Source: Eledone cirrhosa (Eukaryota). From it: 64,000 nt of DNA. The notes under the pieces are model-generated. The model worked only from the letters and a program-made list of their open reading frames with translations, made no database searches and was not told the origin of the DNA. Location of the stretch: NCBI GenBank assembly GCA_964016885.1, contig OZ024743.1, forward strand, positions 336,164,001 to 336,228,000, given 5' to 3'. Below, one piece after another: positions 57,362 through 64,000 of the stretch. The translations under genes and the position numbers were made by a program. Position 1 is the first letter of the stretch. Each line of letters begins with the position of its first letter.

Positions 57362-57625
57362 TTCTCTTCTTCTTCTTCTTCTTCTTCTTCTCCCATTTAT
57401 CTCTGGGAGCGTCGTGTGGCACACATTCCATAGGGTCATGTCAGAAGCAAACGGCTCCAATTGATCCGGTTGGATCCCCAAGCGAAACCAGTCGAGCTCA
57501 TGGATGTTATCCAATCATCATGCTCGGGGCGTACCCCTGGGTCTTTTGCCGGTTGGTTTGCCCATAAAATCTGTCCAGTAATTCTTTCCTGAGACATGCT
57601 AACGACATGACCATAGTATCGGAGT
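57362..57625 (-). mobile_element. RTE-like LINE 3' fragment with (GAA)n tail
   Basis: Minus translation LRYYGHVVSM..GKRPRG.PR..WLDNI; (TTC)n at 57362-57391. Confidence 0.65.
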
Positions 57626-58290
57626 TATGATTTCTTTTTTTTAATTCTATTTTTTTTTTCTATAAATACAAAAGAAAATGTTACTCACCGAAGATATTTG
57701 CAATATATCTAAGCAACTATTTTTTAAATAAAATTGAATGAAAATTAAATTTTTGAAAATATTAAATTTTTATCGACCTATCTAGACACAAAATTTAAAT
57801 TGTATTATTTTAGGGAGATAAAAAATTGTATTCTTTTCGATATTATTTGTTTTTGTTTCATTTATTTTTATATTTGCTATCAAAAGTACCTGACGATGGA
57901 AAATAAATAGCAGGGGGATGATTTTACAAGATAACCTTCTAATTATTATTGGCGCACGTGCTCAAGTGATATTTTGAATGTCAAACAGATTTAATTGACG
58001 TCTTGGTTCTTTTGAGCAAGATCATTGAGCAAGATCTTTAAGCTAGATCACTGAGCGAGAACATTGAGCGAGATAATTGTCATTACATAAGAGTGGAAGG
58101 TGTCAGTGAATATTGAAACAAAAACAATTGCTAAAAATATATGAAAAATGTGGTAATGTTGTTAGTAGTCGTAATTGTTATATTACTCTTATCGTTGTTA
58201 TATATATATATATATATTTATATATATAAACATTCATACATACACACACATTATATATATATATATAAAATTTGCTCCGGACATAACAGC

Positions 58291-58381
58291 CGTGTCTTAA
58301 AGAACCCGCAGAAGTAGAATCAGCCAGATCCATACAAGGACCATGACTCGAGCTACATGCCGGCGAAACATTTGTAACACG
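58291..58381 (+). ncRNA. Decayed hammerhead
   Basis: CGTGT-CTTAAAGA...GAAAC-attt-GTA-ACACG-aAATAAA. Confidence 0.55.
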
Positions 58382-58524
58382 AAATAAACTAAGTCCAGAT
58401 GCATCACTGATTTTTCTTTTTCTTGATAATATCTACACTCTACTCTGATGAATATCGAGTGCTAATTTTGGCATACCGCCTACGGAAGCAACATAGCTAC
58501 GACTATACACTAATATATATATAT

Positions 58525-59048
58525 AGAGAGATTTTGAGTTTATGTTGGTTGTATACCAACACCTCAGTATGCAGGCTGGAGCACTCGACGAAGTGCGCAG
58601 GTTGGTTTGGTTACTCCGGAGTAGTGTAAAATAAAGTTAAATAAAAGTCAAATGATTAAAATTTAGCTTCGTTTATTACTGCTATATATATTTCAGTGAC
58701 AGCCATCTTTGGCTGTGACCTCTTCAGGCAGTTTGAATTAGTATGGTATAGACAAGTACATATGTTGTTTAGGTGTATAATATTGTCAATACTCTGATAT
58801 GCCCAGTTCCTTGTTAGGTTGTTAATTCACTGACTCCAGTTCCTCAGTGAATTAACAACCCAACAAGGAACTGGGCATATCAGAGTATTGACAATATTAT
58901 ACACCTAAACAACATATGTACTTGTCTATACCATACTAATTCAAACTGCCTGAAGAGGTCACAGCCAAAGATGGCTGTCACTGAAATATATATAGCAGTA
59001 ATAAACGAAGCTAAATTTTAATCATTTGACTTTTATTTAACTTTATTT

Positions 59049-59050
<2 letters not shown>
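58525..59050. mobile_element. Fold-back cassette with 207 bp arms and tail
   Basis: Arms 58627-58833 and 58844-59050, 10 bp spacer; tail 58525-58626. Confidence 0.9.
58945..58999 (+). ncRNA. Type I hammerhead (mirror copy ~58678-58732 on minus)
   Basis: ACTGC-CTGAAGA-GGTcACAGCCA-aaga-TGGCTGTcACT-GAAA-tatata-TA-GCAGT-AATAAA. Confidence 0.85.
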
Positions 59051-59102
<52 letters not shown>

Positions 59103-60102
59103 TCATATCTTGTTAGTTGAGCGGGTATCAGAGTTCAAACATTCTCATCAAAATTGACATTTTATTTCTTTTTATCTATAATGACTTTTATCATCTTTGA
59201 CAAAATATCGTTCAATTCGGCTGAACAAATAAAAAGGGGGGTTGCTGCTAAACTAACTGGAGATTTCTCCGTTATTATGTGATTAATTAATTCAGCAATG
59301 ATTTTTTAGTAAGCATTTGGCAGCACTTCAAATAGCTAACATAACTCCCTTCTCTTTTATTACAGTAATAATTTCAGTAATAATTTTTACCCGTTGGTTC
59401 TTTTGGTCATTCTGTCTTTTTTGTTGCTGGAGCTGCTGTATTATTTATTCCTGCTTATATATTATTATTACTGATATTTCTTAATTTATTATTTTTGCTA
59501 TAATTTTTGTCGACATCCTCACCACCATTGTTGTTTTAGTCGTCGTCGTCGCCGTTGTTATTATTGTCGTCAATTTATGATCATGATCTTCATTATTATG
59601 ATGAATTTTCTAATTTCATTTAAGATTTCACCAAAGATATCAATTTATATTATGAAAAGAATATCGATATTTAAAAATGAAATTATGAAATATGTTTTAA
59701 CATTTTTTACTTGTTAGATTAAAGTATTTTTTGTGTTTTTTTATACATTTATAGGAATTCGTGAGACCCAATCACATTGCCTCATCCACAAATCCGGGCC
59801 TGCCACCCGTAATGCAGGCGAGTGCAAGATAACAAAATACTGGCATTTAACTAGCCACTTCTTTTTTATTCCAATTTCCTTCGAGAACTCCAGTGACTTC
59901 GATCAACAGTGTGCTGATACTATACAATGAAAATCATTTAGAGTAGCCACACTATAACTATCGATTGTTGTCAAAAATGGTGCTTCTAGTCCGTTTAGCA
60001 CTTCCCTATCGTTGATTCCTTCTGCAATCTTCACAAGTTTCCTAAAATCTGCCGGTATTTCTGTTTTTTTTTCTTTTTTGCTTCAGACTTCATCATCTTC
60101 AT

Positions 60103-60205
<103 letters not shown>

Positions 60206-60307
60206 TAAATACTTAATGTTATAATTCTTCAACGCCAGTTTCAAATCTGCTGATGTTTGTTTTGTTTTGATTGTTTTTAGCTTTTGGCTTCTGACTTCGT
60301 CCGCTCG

Positions 60308-60370
<63 letters not shown>

Positions 60371-60528
60371 GAGAGTGAAAGAGTGGTACACACACACACA
60401 CGCGCGCGCATGCATATATATATATATATATATATATATCAAAGGTATATATTGAGTTAGGAACTCAAAATAGTCTCTTACAATAAAATAGCTCTTGGAA
60501 AGAGATATTTCTGAGCCGTATATTATAA

Positions 60529-61526
60529 TCTATATATATAAAACTGTGGTTGTCTGTCTGTCTATCGAATTTTGGCACACATCTCCTCTTAGAATCTCTC
60601 ACGGAATTGCACCGAAATTGCTATACTTGTACATTGAGCCCTAGCGAAGACATCGGAAAAAAAAAATTTCAAATTGACCCACCCTATGTGACGAAATCGA
60701 ATATAATGTATCGATTTTTGAGCGTAAGTTATCAGTTATTTCCCTTTGTTCTGTTTACATTGAGCGTCTTACGTAAAAAATTACGCTGGCTTTCTCAGCG
60801 TTTAAAATGACATTAACACAATACACGAACAGTTCGAACAATAAGCTTCCGTTTTGCTTCATTTCCATTTAAAAGCATTTTAAAACAATATTTTTACTTG
60901 AAAACAAGTCTATTTAAAGACTACGTAAAACAAGCAAATATTTCGTCGTTAGGCGTGCAGACAGACAGTCGTGCAGACAGACAGTCGTGCAGACAGACAG
61001 TCGTGCAGAGAGGTGATATACGCGTGCAGACAGATAGTCGTGCAGAGAGGTGATATAGGCGTGCAGACAGACAGTTGTGCCGAGAGGTGATATAGGCGTG
61101 CAGACAGACAGTCGTGCAGAGAGGTGATATAGGCGTGCAGACAGACAGTCGTGCAGAGAGGTGATATAGGCGTGCAGACAGACAGTCGTGCAGAGAGGTG
61201 ATATAGGCGTGCAGACAGACATAACTGATAATTTGGTTACGCTAATGTTTTTCTCTGCGTTGCAGTGTTTACATTTTCGATCTTTGTTAATAAATAACCA
61301 GTGCAGTTTTTATCCCCAGCATCCTCTTTTGTTATAACATTCGGGTTATCGTTATGTTTTCTTAACTTCATAAGGCATATTGTTGGTTGAGGGAATATTA
61401 ATCAAAAACACCACATGCAAGTCTGCACAGTAGACACTACAGTTTTTAAGCCAAAAAAGAAACTTAACATTGTAACTTTAACACAGCTACTGAGCGACCC
61501 CGAGCAACGCCGGGCTTTACTGCTAG
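60529..61526 (+). mobile_element. Non-autonomous Helitron
   Basis: A|TCTATATATATAAAACTG start; CCCGAGCAACGCCGGG hairpin then CTAG|T; no TSD; internal 37 bp minisatellite at 60953-61220. Confidence 0.85.
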
Positions 61527-62067
61527 TAAGATAATAAAAGAAAAACGAACACTGACATATACATGTATGTGTTCAAATCGATGAGCTTGGATTGGTATTT
61601 CTATTCACAATTAACTTTGCGAAACAACAACAAGTTGTCTGGGTGATTGGTAGTTACCACAATTCCGATTTGTATTTATTTTCTTAATTTGTTCTTAAAT
61701 TGAGACAAGCGAACCCTATTGTCTATAGTTAGTATTCTTTTCACCTTAGCGAATCAGGTCCCTTACGATTTGAACACATATATCTATATATCTGTGTTCG
61801 TTTTTCTTTTAGATTCTATTATAATATACGGCTCAGAAATATCTCTTTCTTAGAGCTATTTTATTGTAAGAGACTATATTGAGTTCCTAACTCAATATAT
61901 ACCTTTCATATATTCGTCTCCGTTAATTTGTTGAGCTATTTCAAATGTCGAGTAAACCTGGCTGCTATTTTTAGTGGTGAGGGTTTATGAGACACGCTAG
62001 GATGCCATGTGCGCTATTTTATGTATTTTATATATAGCATACTTAGATGTGTCTAGGATACTAATTC

Positions 62068-62142
62068 ATCACCCACTGATGAGCTTGGATTGGTATTTCT
62101 ATTCACAATTAACTTTGCGAAACAACAAGTTGTCTGGGTGAT
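62068..62142 (+). ncRNA. Type I hammerhead with an extended helix III
   Basis: ATCACCCA-CTGATGA-GC...GC-GAAACAAC-aa-GTTGTC-TGGGTGAT; 5'-truncated second copy at 61580-61646. Confidence 0.9.
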
Positions 62143-62314
62143 TGGTAGTTACCACAATTCCGGTTTGTATTTATTTTCTTAATTTTTTTCTTAAATTGAG
62201 GCAATGAGACAAACGAACCCTATTGTCTATAGTTAGTATTCTTTTCACTTTAGCGAATCAGGTCCCTTACGATTTGAACATATATATGTCTGTATTCGTT
62301 TTTCTTTTATATTC

Positions 62315-62370
<56 letters not shown>

Positions 62371-62699
62371 AATCCCAGCCGCGGCGCCAAGCAGTTTCGC
62401 TTCGTGTCATTTGCAAACATTTTCAAATGAACAGTACCTGTAATTTAAAATACCAACTGTCTCGCTGAATCCCCCTAAGAACCAGATTAAAGCAACATCT
62501 GCTCAGTCGTTTACGTGCTAAAATTATGAGTTGAATGTTGAATGTTTCCATTTATCAAACTGGCACACCCATCGTCGACACCGACGGCAGACCATTTCTT
62601 TCCATTTCTCCTTCACAAATATCTCGCAATTGATTCAATTGTCAAGAACACGTAGAAAACAGAAACATCTACAATGAGATATCTTATTTCATCGGTGAG

Positions 62700-62948
62700 C
62701 TGTCATTATCATCATCATCATCGTCATTGACAGCATCATCATCATCATCATCATCATCATCGTCATTGACAGCATCATCATCATCATCATCATCATCACC
62801 ATCATCGTCGTCGTCATCATCATCATCATCACCGTCACCACCATTATCACCATCATCATCATCATCATCATTGTCATCACCGTCAGCATCAACGTCACCA
62901 CCGTCATCATCGTCATCGTCAACATAATCATCATCATCATCATCATCA

Positions 62949-62980
<32 letters not shown>

Positions 62981-63175
62981 TATCGTCACCGTCACCACCA
63001 CCACCACCATCATCATCAACATCAAAATCAACATCATCATCATCATCATCACAATCATCATCATCGCCATCTTCATCATCATTTTCTCTTTTTATTTCCA
63101 GTTGTGTTCTCTATCTCCACTTAATGTTTTTCTTCTACATCCCATTTTACAACAACTACCACCACCACTACAACT

Positions 63176-63230
<55 letters not shown>

Positions 63231-63244
63231 TTACTACTACAATA

Positions 63245-63291
<47 letters not shown>

Positions 63292-63315
63292 AATAACTGC
63301 TACTACTACTACTAC
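62700..63315 (+). repeat. (CAT)n/(CAC)n and (TAC)n trinucleotide repeats
   Basis: Direct reading. Confidence 0.95.
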
Positions 63316-63471
63316 CCTCTTCAATAATAAAAAATAATCCTTTAACAAGGAGAACTCTGTTAAATGTCCTCCCTGCTAGTTTCCCTCCTCGGGTCTTCTC
63401 TCAGTCTCCACTCTAATGTGTTAACGTTTTATTATAGATTTCAATGGGAAAATCATTATTTTCCTCTCGTA

Positions 63472-64000
63472 TTTTTTTTCCGTGTGCTATGAATTAAAAT
63501 TACCTCCTTATATGTTGTGAAGAACTTTTTTCACGGAAAAGGAAAGAGAAGAGGAGGGGTTCCTCGGACTTTTCACCCCCATCCCACCTCCAAAGTTTTC
63601 TTTACGGTATTTTCCCTTGTTTTTTCGTATTTTTTACCTTCTAATATGCTGCAAACAACATTTTTCCTGGGAAAGGTAGGGGAAAAGGAAGGAGGAGGGG
63701 AGGGATCGTCGGACTTTTCGTCCTCCTTCTTCATTCGAAGATTTTTTTCCCATTTTCCCCTCGTTTTTTATTTTTTATTTTTTTTCGTTTTCTGCCAGCT
63801 AACCTTAACTCCGAACATGCTGAGCTCACGGTGTTAGGGTTAGGTAAGGGTTGGGATTAGGGTTAAGGTAATGGAGGTAAAGAAAACTCCGAGATGGGGG
63901 AAGGACCGAGGGTCCCCCATTTCTCCCTCCTATTTCCTGGGGGAAAAACACTTTGCAGCATGTTCGAATATAAGATTAATTGATAGCACACTGAAAAAAA
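63472..64000. mobile_element. Possible MITE with inverted repeats and TTAGGG-like internal motifs
   Basis: TTTTTTTCCGTGTGCTATGAATTAA inverted against TTAATTGATAGCACACTGAAAAAAA; cut by the window end. Confidence 0.5.

Larger units (their letters stand above)
60440..62320 (+). mobile_element. Fold-back/tandem pLTR cassette (~500 bp unit) interrupted by a Helitron
   Basis: 60441-60528 plus 61527-61580 invert ~61767-61908; 61580-61820 repeated at 62078-62320. Confidence 0.8.

Noticed and set aside
59900-60065. Short open frame on the minus strand that could be a host exon
   Set aside because: No recognisable homology and no convincing acceptor context.
60953-61220. Regular 37 bp repeats that could suggest a CRISPR array
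   Set aside because: There are no unique spacers; it is a minisatellite inside a Helitron in eukaryotic DNA.
62684-63348. Poly-D/M/S/V/Y ORFs
   Set aside because: They come from (CAT)n and (TAC)n repeats, with no splice or codon evidence.
63833-63870. TTAGGG-like repeats suggesting a telomere
   Set aside because: Only a few degenerate units inside a probable MITE.

Overview
AT-rich, microsatellite-saturated animal DNA with no convincing host exon, so it is probably intergenic or intronic. The repeat landscape resembles an octopus/cephalopod genome (inference from SINE types and simple repeats). Nearly all listed ORFs are microsatellite artefacts. The real coding remnants are retrotransposons: a near full-length Tx1/L1-type LINE (40.0-45.9 kb, minus, in (AAT)n), an R4/Dong-like RLE LINE with fragments (36.6-38.8, 39.2, 46.0, 49.9 kb), three Penelope-like (PLE) RT/GIY-YIG remnants, and CR1- and RTE-like tails. 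There are also tRNA-derived SINEs, three non-autonomous Helitrons and possible MITEs. The main unexplained structure is a dense set of about 20 short, mostly non-coding cassettes wedged between (TA)n tracts. Most are fold-back palindromes with one short terminus and one terminus extended by a 60-140 nt tail. Over 20 type I hammerhead ribozyme motifs were found by eye, about 15 of them well formed, usually with a self-complementary helix III and often followed by AATAAA. Four families occur twice and reuse the same pair of termini. This points to a TA-targeted, ribozyme-bearing, PLE-mobilised family of mini-elements.
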